Shown: positions 38,772-52,800, counted from the first letter of the whole stretch. The stretch: DNA of 60,906 bases, filler included, from Sphacelaria rigidula (GCA_964200075.2; 10 parts of 10 records of this genome joined end to end with filler, not necessarily neighbours in it); one strand, 5' to 3'. The notes: generated by a model not told the origin, from the letters alone. Numbers and translations: made by a program.

Positions 38772-41330
38772 GTGAAGGTTTTTCAACGGCTGGGATGCGT
38801 GTTTTGGCGGTTCGTAACACAGTTGACCGCTTGTTGTGCCACGTAATGCGTATTTTCATCGGTTTGCCCTCCCCGGCATGGTCATGATGGTTGTGTTCGC
38901 AAGGTTCATCCATGATGTCAACCCGTCGGCTGTTGTACCCCACCAATGGCGTTTCCTTGATGCGGATGTTTACGATGCAGTGTAGTAGGGCCCTTCCCCA
39001 ACGTCTTCCGCATTTCACCGCACCGCATGCGTGCAGCTAGCGCTTCCTGTTTGCGGTTTATTAGTCAATTGCTTATGTTGCGCACGCGGCCATTCGGCTA
39101 CTCTGTCCAGTGGATGTCGGAAACGTCACCCTTGTTGCCGTCCGTTTTGAAACTCCCCCCTAGAGGATATTACGCATCACACGCGGCCATTCGGCTACGC
39201 CATCAAAATCCTCTATCGCGATTTTCATCCTCTCGAGGTTAAAGTGACCCTCCCGAGTCTGAAATTTCATACTCGGGCCCGGTCATGAAACAAATCATCT
39301 GGAGGACATATGATGCTTCAGTGACTTCTGAGGTCTGAATCCCTCCAGAGTACCAAAAAATGGTGCACTGGAGCACGTGGTTTTCGTGAACGTCCCTTAG
39401 AGGGAAACATGAACAGCGGAGGGGAATATTAGCATCATTCCTCTGGAGGAGGGACTAACTATACCCTCTAATGCATCTGCTGCGACTCCGGAGGACATAG
39501 CCGTGCAGCATCCTCCAGCTTGTAAATGTACATTTGTGCATTTGTGTCCCAACTGCTTCCAGGGCAGCTTTGGGACCCCAGCAATCTTTTGGTATGGGCC
39601 ATCACGCCAGATATATCTGTATCACCCACCGTTCACATTGACCTTCCTCCTGTGTGACCACGGCTGGTGCGCCCACATACTGTATACCGAAAGGTGTAGA
39701 TCGGCGTCCAGAATAGATGGGACGACAACACACAACACAACACGCCGTTCACAGGGTGAATTGCACACCCGAAAACACGTATATTCCCAGCTACAATACC
39801 ACCACAATAACCCTGCAGCAAAGAGCGCGAGTCGGGCACAGGGATATAGATACACACTGCAGTAGTTGGGTATGATGTATGTCTTGTTGGTGGAAGTTTA
39901 TAAACTTGAGCATCTTCTTCCATGGTCACAGAGCCGCGCGGTGCCGGAACCATGCGGGGTAGGGTGTGAGCTTATAATGCATACACACCCGCCATGGACA
40001 GTAGTGCAGGCAGACGAAGCTCCGCACACTGTTCAAGTCCTTCCCACGTCGCACTGTAAGCAGAAAACATACATATAGTCCTGCGCTGTCTGTACTGTAC
40101 TTTGCCCGGTTCCCCTTCACGTCCTACTGACTGCAGCGGTGAGCATGCTGCGAAACGGGCGTCGTGATGCATACTCAGTAGCTGATGGTATATAACACCC
40201 TCATGCACCCAAAGTTACGGGCATCCACTTTTTTTAGCCAGGCATGGCGCATATGCCGCGCTAACTCTGCAGTATATTGCACCGCACGTATACAAGCACG
40301 ATATGGTACTGTCCTGCACGGCATTGCACAGTTCAGTACAGCACCAAACTGTGCTTATTGTTGTGATGGTCATATCGTCGTCAACGTATATCAGAATTAA
40401 CCGCGATCATATTTTCTCGCGTGTTCATTTGAACAAATGGTAAACCCGGGACTACGGGGTTTCAAAACTTATGTACATAGAACTCAGAGGTTCGTGCAAA
40501 TGTCACACCACCATCACTAGCTCATTTCAGGTGTTAGCGGGCGAAATGAGGATTCATTTCGGACAGCTTCTGGTATACAAATTACATCTGCGAGTCTATA
40601 TGGGATTTGTACAGTCTCTGCTGTTCGAAATAAACCCTTCTTGCCCGATTCCAATAATTTGGAATTAGGACTCATATCGAATAGTGCGACGTAATCGCTA
40701 GCAAAGCAGGCCACGACCCAAGATGGGAGAGTATGTGGCTCACTGATCCTGTTTTCGGCTCGTAACTCAAACCGTATGTTTCACTCTCTCAATACAATAG
40801 CCCAGCTGTCTAAGTTGGAACAGCCCCACAGCCAGCAAACAAGTAACAATGGTGATGGAGGGTGATAGTACAGCACAGCTAAGACTCACGTCAATAAGGC
40901 TGTGGACTCGCGACACTGAAGACAGGAGATCGGTGGGTAGCTGATGAGCAAAGCTCTTCCTTATATCCAATTAGGCCTGAAGACTGTTGTCGGGGTTTTC
41001 GAGTGGGGCAGGGGGGTAGGGCAGCTGCCCATACATCCGTCTGCCCTGCTTACAATCTTGTCATAATACAAAATCACCGTGACGCGCCGTACCTTTTGGT
41101 AATCAAGGCAATAATAGCGACAGGTACACGCGACTAATAGGGTACAAATCTTCACCCCGCGGCGGCAATAATACAGCGAATCGAATCCTGCCTTACAAAC
41201 ACACATTCGACTAGATTCCTACCATACCCGCTGGTCGTTTCTGGGGACCATCTGTATATCCACGAGTAAACTAGTTTTAATTCAGGCCCTATCATTTACC
41301 ATCACAGGTGCGTCTTAGGCCAACTCTAAT

Positions 41331-42555
41331 GGCAGCCGTTCAAAATTCCTCTCGGAAACTGCGTTTTGGGCCCTTCTCCGTCGATTTACGCCCGAAAAGA
41401 GGGCTAGGCGGATGTTGACGCCTTGGAATGACTTGCTCTACTCGTTGAGACCGTTCTAGGACAAGTTTGCATTTCCCGCTGGCCGCACTTTTATTTTTGG
41501 CCAAATGAAGCCAGATTTTCGAGAGGGCTGGGCGGATATTGACGCCTTGGAATGACTTGCTCTTCTACTCAATGAGACCGCGCCAGGGCAACTTTGCATT
41601 TCCCGCTTGCCGCACTCTTATTTTTGGCCGAACGTGGATTTTCAACAAAAAACGGTCAAGCGATCAAAAATCAGGGGGAAATTTTGATCACCTGACCATT
41701 TTTTGCTGAAAATACGTGTTTGGCCTGATTTGGCCAAGTACAAAAGTGCGGCCAGCGGGAAATGCACGGTTGCCCTAGAACGGTCTCAACGAGCAGAGCA
41801 AGTCATTCCAAGGCGTCAACATCCGCCTAGACCTCTTTTCGGGCGTAAATTGACGGAGAAGGACCCAAAAGGCAGTTTTCGAGAGGAATTTTGGACGACT
41901 CCCACCAGAGTTGGCCGTAGGGCGTATCTTGGCACATTGGTTTTCAATAGAAAATGTGCGGTGGAGAACAAAAACCCTGATTTGATAGGTCGTAATTTCA
42001 ACCATCGTCGAAAGTTGTGAAGATGGTTAAAATCACGACCTATCAGATCGGGATTTTTTTCAACTGCACATTTTCGATCGAAAACCAATGTTCTAAGACC
42101 GACTCTGATCGGAGCCGTTCAAAATTCTCGACTAAAACTGCCTTTTTGGCCCTTCTCCGTCGTTTTTTGTCTGACAGGAGGGCTTGGCGGATATTGACGC
42201 CTTGGAATGACTTGCTCTACTCATTGAGGTCGTTCCAGGGCAACTTTTGCATTTCCGGCCGGCCGCACTTTCATATTTGGCCAAACACGGATTTTCAACA
42301 AAAAACGGTCGAGCGATCAACAAAAAGAGGGAAGTTTTGATCACCTGACCGTTTTATACTGAAAATTCGTGTTTGGCCTGGTTTGGCCAAGTACAAAAGT
42401 GCGGCCAGCGGGAAATGCAAAAGTTGCCCTAGAACAATCTCAACGAGTAGAGCAAGTCATTCCACGGCGTCAACATCCGCCCAGCCCTCTTTTCGGGCGT
42501 AATTCGACGGAGAAGGGCCCAAATGGCAGTTTTTAACAGGAATTTTGAACGGCTC
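41331..42555. repeat. Compound palindrome: two related foldback elements flanking a ~155-bp hairpin
   Basis: Arm motif ttgacgccttggaatgacttgctc is forward at ~41414, ~41538 and ~42194 and reversed at ~41795 and ~42450. A central inverted repeat spans ~41937-42089. Confidence 0.85.
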
Positions 42556-44107
42556 CCTTCAACAGCCGATCCTAATTTTTGGGGTTGAAACATAAAATGA
42601 GGTTGANNNNNNNNNNNNNNNNNNNNNNNNNNNNNNNNNNNNNNNNNNNNTTAATTAATTAANNNNNNNNNNNNNNNNNNNNNNNNNNNNNNNNNNNNNN
42701 NNNNNNTCATTCCATTCAGGCAACGGGTGGCAGGAATGTTCCAACATGCTACACATGTAACTTTTTCGTCTCATTATCGGAACCGGCGAAGCGAGACATG
42801 TTATGAATAAGACCACACTCTCGATCGTACTTCCAACGCTCGATTTCACGGAAACATTGTTAGGTTTGCCGGCAGGTTTTTGCACCAGTGTGCGAGGTAA
42901 GCGTTTTGTCCATTAATGATGCAGTCACACCCGGCCGCTGAAAGCCATGAAAAGGCTGCTCTCAATCGTATCGTAGACTCTCAATCTCACGAAAACATTG
43001 TCACCTGCGGAAGAAAACTAGAACAAACACGTCGTACCGGCTGAACCCTCGGAAGTACCGCATAGGCTGTGCAAAGATAGGCATCACAAATCGTTGCAGT
43101 ACGAGGTCATCACTCTCGATCGGTGACAGCACGCTCAAGTGGAATACCATGACTGCTCACCAGCCATAAGGCCCGAATAGAAGCACATCGAATGTCCCGT
43201 AGATGTGAAACTCATGCTCTGATCGATTACGTATCTCACGTCGATTGATGAATCACTAACGCACCCGTGGATACCAGATGCCGGTAACCAGAATTAACGA
43301 ACGAAAACAAGCGCACAAGGCACTCAAGCAGAACATGGACACACACGAGTCTAAAAGAGGTCAACACACCGCGCGTATCAGTATTTGCCTCATCATGAAA
43401 TATGCACATGTTGATCGCTCCAAATCCAAGCAACAATGTCAATCTCGGGGCGCCCTTGTCCCACTTGCACTGGTACGCACTAAGCCAGGGCTCCCACTGT
43501 ATAGTGCAGATGCGGGAGGACACGAAGCTCCACACGTGGAGTCTATCACAGTTGAACCATCCACCCTCCATCGGGTACAAAAAATCTAGTTCGGGACCAC
43601 CTCCGAACGTTTTCAAAGAAGTTCCCAGTTTTGGACCGATTCGTGGTGCCTTGCACGTTCGGTGGAAAGTTTTTACCTGTTCCGTCGCAGCAGCCACATT
43701 GGTGTTCGACGGTTTCACGGATGCCCGACCCTTCCCATGCCTATTCATGATATTATTTCCAGACAACTGACCATGGGCGTCCAAACCCCAATCTTCTATA
43801 CAGTACAAAGATCAAGGATCAGTGCGTTCTGTTGGTATCCTCACTTCTCTTGTGTTGCAAAATGGGGACTCCCTTGTGTCTGGCGTCTTCGTGATGACTG
43901 CGAGGCGCCGCCCGTCCTAAAGCTACTCATCATGCGCGTATCTTTAATTCCGAGGTGCAGCCGTGTTCAAGTGCCCATTGAATAGAACAGAATAGGTGCC
44001 CCCTGTAAGGATATTACAACTACGGCCGAAAATCCCGGGGAAAGCCATTTTCGACTGCCCCCTGGATATCGTGTGGGTATCTTGCAGCAGCTTCCCGACT
44101 GCCCATG

Positions 44108-45377
44108 TCATTCTTCTGGACAGCCGTTCTGGCGTGCCCATTGGAGAACTTCCAGGTGGCCTCCAGCGGCTGCATTGCTACACGTATCTTCATTCCACGG
44201 ACAGCCGTTTTCGCGTGCCCATTGGAGAACTTCCAGGTGGCCTCCAGCGGCTGCACTACTGCACGTCTTTTCATTCCACGGACAGCCGTTTTCGCGTGCC
44301 CATTGGAGAACTTCCAGGTGGCCTCCAGCGGCTGCACTACTGCACGTCTTGTCATTCCAAGGACAGCCGTTTTCGCGTGCCCATTGGAGCACTGCCAGAT
44401 GCATCCCAGCGGCTGCATTGGTGCATGTGACTTCATCCCACGGGCAGCCGTTTCGACGGGCCCACTGGAGAATCTCTAGGTGCCGATGCCCCCCAGCAGC
44501 TGCAGTACTGCACGTGGTCTCGTTCCACGAGCAGCCGTTTTGGCGTGCCCACTGCAAAATGTGTAGGTGACCCCCAGCGGCTGCACTACTGCATGTGACT
44601 TCATCCCACGGGCAACTGTTTTGGCGCGCCCACTGCAAAATGTTTAGGTGCCCCCAGGCGGCTGCACTACTGCACGTGGTCTCGTTCCACGGGCAGCCGT
44701 TCTGGTGTGCCCACTGCAAAATCTCTAGGTGCCCTACAGTGGCTGCCGTACTGCACGTGAATTCTTCCCACGGGCAGCCGTTTTGACGTGCCCACTGGAG
44801 AATCTCCAGGTGCCCCCCAGCAGCTGCAGTACTGCACGTTATCTCGTTCCACGGGCAGCCGTTCTGGCGTGCCCACTGCAGTATCTCTAGGTGCCCCCCA
44901 TAGGCTGCATCACTGCATGTGACTTCGTCCCACGGGCAACCGCTTCGGCGTGCCCATTGCAAAATCTTCAGGTGTCCCCGAGCAGCTGCATCGCTGCATG
45001 TGTATTCACCCCAAGGGCAGCCATTTTGACGTGCCCACTTAAGAATCTCAAGGTGCCCCTCAGCGGCTGCCCCAGTACATGTACCGTCGTTCCACGGGCA
45101 GCCGTTGCGGCGTGCCCACTGGAGAACCTCAAGCTGCCCCCCTTCGGCTGCCCTGGTGCATGTGAATGTCCCCCACGGGCAGTCGTTTTGACGTGCCCAC
45201 CGAAGAATCTCTAGGTGCCCCCCAGCGGCTGCACTGCTGCACGTGTATTCATCCCACGGGCAGCCGGTTTGACGTGCCCACTGGAGAATCTCCAGATGCC
45301 CCGCGGAAGCCGCCCCGCGGCACGTTTTCTCGTCCCAGGGACAGTTTTGGGCTCTTAAATATTTGAGGACATTCAGC
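44108..45377 (-). CDS. Ankyrin-repeat protein, exon 2 (~17 x 25-aa repeats; spliced product ~501 aa)
   Basis: The frame is open from the acceptor at 45379-45378 (LNVLKYLRAQNCPWDEKTC..) to the stop at 44108. Consensus WxExTCSxAAxGGHLEILQWARxNGCP. Confidence 0.92.
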
Positions 45378-45687
45378 CTGGTGGTCCAACGATACGGTGG
45401 CAGAAGGGGAAGCGGGGGTACAAACTTAATTCGAGTACGGTCTTACCGTTTCCCGGGAACGATAAATCCGGAGACAACGCAGCATGATCCCCTGTCTTCG
45501 CTGAGAAGCTCCGACCTTGAAGCAGTACTGTTTTACCAGGCAGCACAATACGATGAAAAAATGAGCAATCGCACATGTGTTTCGACGGGGGAGGCAACGC
45601 TGTCATCTTCACATATCGTGGAAATGCGGAGGTTACCATGAACCATTTTCCATAGCCACCACCATCCCTCATCACTGAGGAACTCGC

Positions 45688-45923
45688 CTGCCGAACCCCG
45701 CAGCGGCCGCACATAACTTCGCTGCCAGATGCACGCCACATTCCAAGCTGCACAGCAATTGCGCCACGGATGTGTGGGCCGTTATGCATGTAGTTTCAGC
45801 AGGACGATTCCCCCAAGCACACCTCCACGCTCGTGATACCTCGCCGAAGAACAAGAAGTCTTTCCCCACGAAATCTGCGAGGCCGTTCAAGACGTCCGCG
45901 TTCTTCCATACCGTGTGCTCCAT
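45688..45923 (-). CDS. F-box-like/ankyrin-repeat protein, exon 1
   Basis: MEHTVWKNADVLNGLADFVGKDFLFFGEVSRAWRCAW..KLCAAAAGFG(R). Ends at AG|GCGAGT (GC donor), phase 2. Confidence 0.78.
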
Positions 45924-46611
45924 TACGCAGCACTCGTTCTGCTTGAGGTACGTCAATCGTTACAGTGCTGCCGCTGTTCACAGACGAGTAGGGTGGAATA
46001 TTCGACGGTATAACATGCAATTGGATTTGCACGATTAGCTAATTCGTGCTTTGAGAGGTTTGTGATTCGATATTTCTTTTCAGAGTTGGAAGAAGATATA
46101 TGCGGTGTGAAATATACAGCAGCGGGAGCGGCAGGAGTAAGGGCTGCAACGATTTACGAACGGATCAACGGTGACATACTGCAACATTATCGTGTACGAC
46201 TGGCTCATCAAGCACCGGTCGTCGTGCTTTTCTCCATACATGGGGCAGGCGTACCTCCGTGCAGCGAGTCACGGAGAGAGCAGCAATGCCCGATCATGAT
46301 AGCATTGACGGAAACCGAAGTACAACAATGAATTACCGTACGTTCGAACATTGTGCCGCAGTTAATGTCGTGGTCTATTGCTGGTGCTGTGTGTGCGTGT
46401 CAGCTCATGGGACCAATATGCAAGGGTAATGCATCTTCTTTGAGTACGCAACTCCGTGCATTTGCACACCTCTAAATCAGGGACCGCACGACCGGTTTTC
46501 TGGAGAGTATTTACTTCCAGCACACGATGTTGTGCGGTGCTGTGCTTGTGTAACAGATTGCTTGATAGATCGCCTGTCGCATATTGATGAGTCCCAAGAA
46601 CATAGCCGTCA

Positions 46612-46678
46612 CCATATAGATAGACGTCCGCAACATATAGATAGACGTCCGCAACATACAGATAGACGCCCGCAACAT
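46612..46678. repeat. 21-bp minisatellite x3
   Basis: catatagatagacgtccgcaa repeated three times with minor variants. Confidence 0.85.
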
Positions 46679-48889
46679 GAATTATCATAAACACATGCTA
46701 AAGGAATCTCGACAAAGCGGAAAGCCCAACAAGGGGGGAGTACGGATGACTCATTCATTATGTGTCCTGAAATTGCGTTGAAACCTTTCACATCTGACTG
46801 ATACGCTACTCTGGTTGCGTGTGGAGCAAAATTTAGCGCGGTTCCAATCAAAACGTTCCAAACCCTGCTGCCTCTACGATCTGAACCTGCCTCCCCTCAG
46901 AGGACACTCTGAAACCTCCTCTGCAGAGAGTGGTGTAGCGGCGCACTAGTGCTCCGTGGGATCGTCATGACAAGCACCGGACCCCCATCTCGTTCGCTCG
47001 AAAACGTCGTGATAGTTTGGTTCTACACTTTCTCGTATTCACAGCACTCGAAGCCGCTGTGCCGACTGTCGTCATTTACATTTCCTCTAGAGTTCATCAC
47101 TTCTTCCACAGCACAAGAAACAAAAGCGATTCGCACTGTCCCACCCGCGCCCTCAAAGCCTTAATGGTTTCTCAAATACCCTGAACGAATCACTCTCAAA
47201 CCAGGCCTGGCGGTGGCAATATGGTGAGGACGGTTCTTGCAGAAATTGAACCCAAGTGCTCGTCATATGTGTGTGCCGTATGCTGTACTGGTTTGACATG
47301 TGACCACACGTTTGTCATCTCTCCTCTTCCTCTCCCTGACCCGACAGAGAACCAGAGAACAGCGACGTCCAGGTGCAGCACAGAATGTATCGTTTTAGAT
47401 TCAGAAGCCGTGACACCACGGTAGATGGGGCACATCTCCTCCGGTATCCACTGCTTCAACGAACAAATTCGATGCAGCGAAGCCGAGCTTGATCAAGGCA
47501 GGCTCGGTTGTGGAGCAACTGGCGGTGTACCGCGGAGCTTTTTTCTCATATGTTCTAGCATATGTGGTTCTCCTGTGCCGAAGAACCAGCGCGACTATGT
47601 GACCCGACTAAAAAGGGGAAACAACGTGTTCTCAAACTCTGGTGAGCTCATGCCGTTTAAATCCTTAACTCGTCAAATAGGCACGTATAGTTCTTCCCGC
47701 CCTCAGCTGCACACCTGCACCGCACATTTTCATGTGTAGTAGGGCGCTGTTTTTTCTTAGGTTTGGACAATTCGTATGCCAAGAACCACCAATTCATCGG
47801 TTCCAGCATAAGGCGGAATGACCACCACATTTGCCAACATCAAAGTACCATAAAACAAGTCCGGGGCGTTCCCTGTGTGCTGCTACCACATTGTAGCACA
47901 ATAAGCAAAAACACAAACCGTTTGTCTCGGAGAACCTACTCATGTACTACGCTGGTGTTCTGTGAGACGAGCTCATGGTTACGCTGGCGACAGGTAGTGG
48001 ATGTTGTGGGAACAGACGTGTTCCGGGGTGCTGGTGCGACATGATACTGAAACAGGGTGTATACCTCGTATGTCACAGCTAGGATATAGTTATGGTTGGA
48101 ATCGATCCAGTACTACGATGGTGACCTGACATGCAGAAGTGGTTTTTCTGCCAGGAAGATCCTTGGCGTCTGCTTGAAGTATTGCGCCGTGTCTCAAACA
48201 CACGTACGCAATGCCTGTTGAGACACCGATGGTATATAAGAGAAGGGCCAGTCAAGAGTCTTCATGGGCGGCTGAAAAGATTTGCCTTGCTCACTTTATA
48301 GTGTAGGAGCTGAATGTTTGACATGAGATTTAAAATATGAGTACGCGGAACGTAGCGGAAGCAACCAAGGCAAGAAAAAAAAGTTGGGGTGATCTAAAAT
48401 TTCTGAAAAAAAACAATCCATGACTCTATAACAATAAAACGACACTGCTTGCTTCCGTGAGAAATTTCCAAACTGCATGCATCAGGCCCATTCATTATTC
48501 CTGCACAAAATTTTCAATATCGGGCAGAGCATCCTACACTTGTGTGACACTGCTGCACCGCGTCGTCTACCTGGTGTAAAAGGTGTTACAAAAAAAAGTC
48601 AGAAGTCGACCAAAAATATGTTGAAACGCTTCATGCTTTCGTGAGGCTACTTCTCATGTATAAAAAAACATGTTGTCAGAAAGCCCTTTTTCAACAACAC
48701 GTTTTCNNNNNNNNNNNNNNNNNNNNNNNNNNNNNNNNNNNNNNNNNNNNTTAATTAATTAANNNNNNNNNNNNNNNNNNNNNNNNNNNNNNNNNNNNNN
48801 NNNNNNGGCTTGTTTTACAGCGCCGTTACCACTCGACGCCAACCCAAGAGTCTAGAGGTGAGGGGGGGCGGGCGGGGGGGAGGGGGGAG

Positions 48890-49458
48890 GGGGTGAGTCC
48901 ATTCAACATTCCCCGCGTTATGATTTGAGCGGGTCCTGGTTTGAAATTTGCATCATCGTGGAACGCACGCTCGGCGCTAGCATTCTCCGCAAAAAATTCC
49001 TCCAGGGCACCCCACTGCCCTTCTACTTTTCCCATTGCAGTTTGCTCGTTGCGGGCCGCCAACGCTTTCCGCACACCAGCGGCAGAAACCGAAGAATCAA
49101 TCTCTTCATTCTCCCAACATTTCGCATGTCGGCCTAGTGCCTCCTTGATATCATCTTCGGCAAGCATGGATCCGTCAAAATTCGTGCGTGACAGACACGC
49201 ACGAATGTGCTTCGGCACGAATTTAGTAACAGTCAATAAGACGGCCTGCATGCTACGTCCCTTATTGTTCAACTTGACCGCCTCCTCATACTCGACGTAT
49301 TTCTGATAAAAACGTCGGGACGCATTTTCGCTAAAATGCCGTCCGTAGTTTGGGGCTTTCAGCAATCCTGCAGGCATAAGCTCAGTAAACTTAAACTTCA
49401 CCTCTTCGCCTGCATCGCCATCACTCGCTTTCGTGCGCGCCGCCATAGCTGCACGCAA
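48890..49458 (-). mobile_element. Intronless ORF, possible retrotransposon Gag N-terminus
   Basis: About 190 uninterrupted, helical, charged codons (RRFYQKYVEYEEAVK) ending in a G/C tract near the contig end. No diagnostic motif. Confidence 0.4.
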
Positions 49459-49899
49459 CAGTTCCAGCCAACCTAGCCGTCTCTCTGTTGTCAGCGAGCT
49501 CTCTCACGCTACATAGTGCACACTCCTGTGTACAAATTTTGATACAATTTCTCCGCAGCTGCCCACAGCTGAAAAACCTGTTTCAGAAACCAGCGAGTTC
49601 TTCATGATAAACGTCTATTATAGAGCCCTCCTGAACTCAGAACAAGGTCACAATATTGCTCCAAGGGCTTCCTCCCTCACTAGGGCTTGGAGACTTCAAG
49701 ACAGTTGTTATTCACAAGCACACAGTCTTTATCGGAAGTAACCACATGCGTCAAGCATGTGATGTTCAAATCCACATAGTCTGCCGATCAGACCCGCAAG
49801 TCCGTCAACCAATAGAAAACGCCTACAGCAGATTGTTCCACTTGAATATCATCATGAACCTGCACGTGCGTATACTGGAGGTGGACTACCCTACAGACC

Positions 49900-52800
49900 A
49901 CCTCACCCGTGCTGGCAGTTCTAAGGACAACTCCCAGCAAAGCTTGAATTCATCGCGCATTTTCACACACCCGAAGAATGTCGCTCATGGTCGCACACAT
50001 GAGAGTGATTCACGACACAGTTCCAATTCATCGCGCGCTCCGAAGCGCCCGGTGAATGCCAACCGTGACCGTACTCACGAGGATGATTCGCGGCACAGAT
50101 CAAGTTCATTGCGCGTTCACTCTCGCTCGAAAAACACCGATCATGCAACCGCGCGCACCCCTCCTGGTCCACATCTGTCACGCCGCCGCCATTTACGCAA
50201 CGATAACACTGTACATGCTGACGATATCCAAAATATTTTTTCGGACATGTCACCGGCTCTGGAATCCTCAATTGAGGGATCCGGCCGTACTTCATCGCAA
50301 AACCGACGACCCCGCAATGAACGCGATTCACCGTCCCGCTCTGACGCTGCGATTATTCGTTCTCTTCAACAATGATTGACAGACCTCGAGCGACAACTAT
50401 CAACAACGGGGACCTCAAGATCCACTGCCGCTGCCGCCAAGACCACGGCGGAGACCACCGGGGTTACTGTAGCTGCTACTGCCGCCACAACTGCCGATTC
50501 TGCCGCTGCTACCTTGGTCCCTGCGCCTTCTGCCGTCCTCACGACGTGCCCAACAACTGCTGCCGCCCCGTCTGCGGTCGATACTGACGCAGATAGTGGT
50601 CCAACCACTGGCCCAGTCGCGGATGCCCCCGTGCGCTCGCCCCCGTCTGTGGAGGATCTCCCTCCGCTCGGCGACGAGCATTGCCCTACCGGCCTTCTGT
50701 TGAGGCTGTTCAGGGACCGCCCCCGTGCGGAACAACTAGAACTCATTGATGATTATGCCTCGCACGTGCCGGCGCTGGTCCAGGACGTCCTCGAGCAACA
50801 AAGGGAGGCCGTCGCCGCTGCGGCACGCGTTCTCGCCGAAGAACACGCTGTCAAGCTTCAAGACCTCCAGCGCCAGGCTACACGTGCTCAGACGACCAAT
50901 TCCGCGGCTCAACACGCTCTACAGGAACGCCGCACTGCTGCGTTGGCAGCTCAGAAGCGCGTCAAGAATCTCGAGGATTATGTCCGCAGAACTGCCCATG
51001 ACACGGCCACGTCCGTGGCCCGCCTCTCAAACCATCCGGCCTCTCCCCCGCCCATCGGCAACACGCCCGGTGGTCGCTCTTCCCGCTAGCCAACGACCGA
51101 TACGTCTACTTACGTGATCCCACGTAAAACCGACAACACGTCGTATGCTGCGACCGCAGCCGTCCCCACGACGGCCCCGACACGCCGGCCTCGTGCACCT
51201 AGCTCGGCGAGCGATGCCCGCCTGACGCCAGGTCTGCAACTGGCGCCTCACAAACGAGTGTGGCTTTCTCGGTCCGCGGCCGATCATACCGGTCCGTTTC
51301 ACAGAAGTAACCACCTCCACTGCTCCCGCGAGGCCTGGAACTTAATTTCGCAACTCTTGCCCCACGTCATTGGTGTTTACGTGGAGAAGGGCGGCTTCTT
51401 CCCCGACGAAGGTGTATCGGCTCTCACCTTGGGTCAACTGGCCCTCCAGATGACTATCGGCGATTGCCCGAATCACCAACGTTACGTCCGCGCTGACACC
51501 GATCTTTTTGCGGCGCTACGCGCCGCTTACAACCCTGATCCTGGCGCCACCATGGCCGACGATGACCAAGATGAAGATGGGTGGACTCCCGCAAGTGCCA
51601 ACTGCAGGGGACACAAGAAGAACCACCGGAGGGATGATGACGACAACGATGGAGGAGGCTCTCGCCGCCGTCACGGGGGTGGAGGATCCTCTTCGGGGGC
51701 TTCAGGACCGAGCCGCCCGGCTCGCAATATCCGCGGCCCGCCTCGTAAGAAAACCGGAGGTAATTCTTCCGGATCTTCCGCGATAGGCTGGAACTGGTCT
51801 GGTACAGACCTGCCCCACTCGGGTCCGGCGACACCAAGGCAAGTGATCCCCGAGTTGGCTGATATTTCGGCCCGCATTTTAGGTTTATCTGATACGGACA
51901 CATCTGACCGTCCATTGTCTTCTACTGCAGCCCGCGCTTTAGCAACCGCTGCGACTGACAAAAAACACCCCAAAGCTAGTAAAAAAGCAGCTTCCGATAG
52001 AGCCGAGTCTGCCCGAGTAGCTGTAATACAGAGACAGTATATTCAGATGGATGTGAAAAAGCTTTGGCACATTAGAACCATGCCTGCTGCGGATAACGAA
52101 GATTCGGGCCAGTTTACTTCTGCCCTTATCACGTCCATTCGCCGCACTGTTCGTCACATCCTTCACTTGGTGGATACAACTGGCTCACAACGTTTCGAAG
52201 ATTCCGATTGGGTAGAGGGCTGGCAGACTCTCTTGCATAAAGCATTGCATCGATCCATCAGCCGACGCTCTCCCGACATCGCTGCTTCTTTAAGGCAGAT
52301 ACTCGACGGCTTCCTCGCCGAAATGGATCCGGATCGTGCCAAGGAGAAGACAGGACCGGTATTGCTCTCTGATTTGGAGAGTCGTTCGATAGTCTACTTT
52401 GACAAAAGTGACCAAGCCACCGCCATCCAGAGAGAGGCTGAGTTCTTTCGCTGTCGCATCGGATGTCTCCTTCGCGGATTATCTCCGCGAATTTAAGCTT
52501 TTGGTCTCTGGTACTATGGGTGTCGGACGCCAAAACGGATCAAGCGATGCAATGTGTCAGACGTACGTTCGCAATAGCGTTGCTTAACAGTATCCGGCTC
52601 TGATGCCGTCGTTGTTTCCGGGTGTCTTGGCGCATCGCGAGGTGCCTTACGCTTCTGTTGATACTATGCGGCCTGCTTTTGTACAACAAGAGGGTAATCT
52701 AACGCCCGCCATACGTGGCAAACCTTCTACGTCTGTGCGTTCACAACCTACGGTTGTGTCCTCCGCTCATGCCCAAGGGTCTCGCGGCAGGAACTCGAGC

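Noticed and set aside
43236..43808. 190-aa ORF upstream in contig 8
   Set aside because: No recognisable motif or splice structure; overlapping ORFs of similar size suggest chance or decay.
43996..45366. Plus-strand and alternative-frame repetitive ORFs over the ankyrin gene
   Set aside because: Shadows of the tandem coding repeat.
44108..45377. 75-bp repeats as a CRISPR array or diversity-generating retroelement
   Set aside because: They are in-frame coding ankyrin units with no unique spacers, no cas genes and no adjacent RT or adenine-specific template/variable repeat pair.
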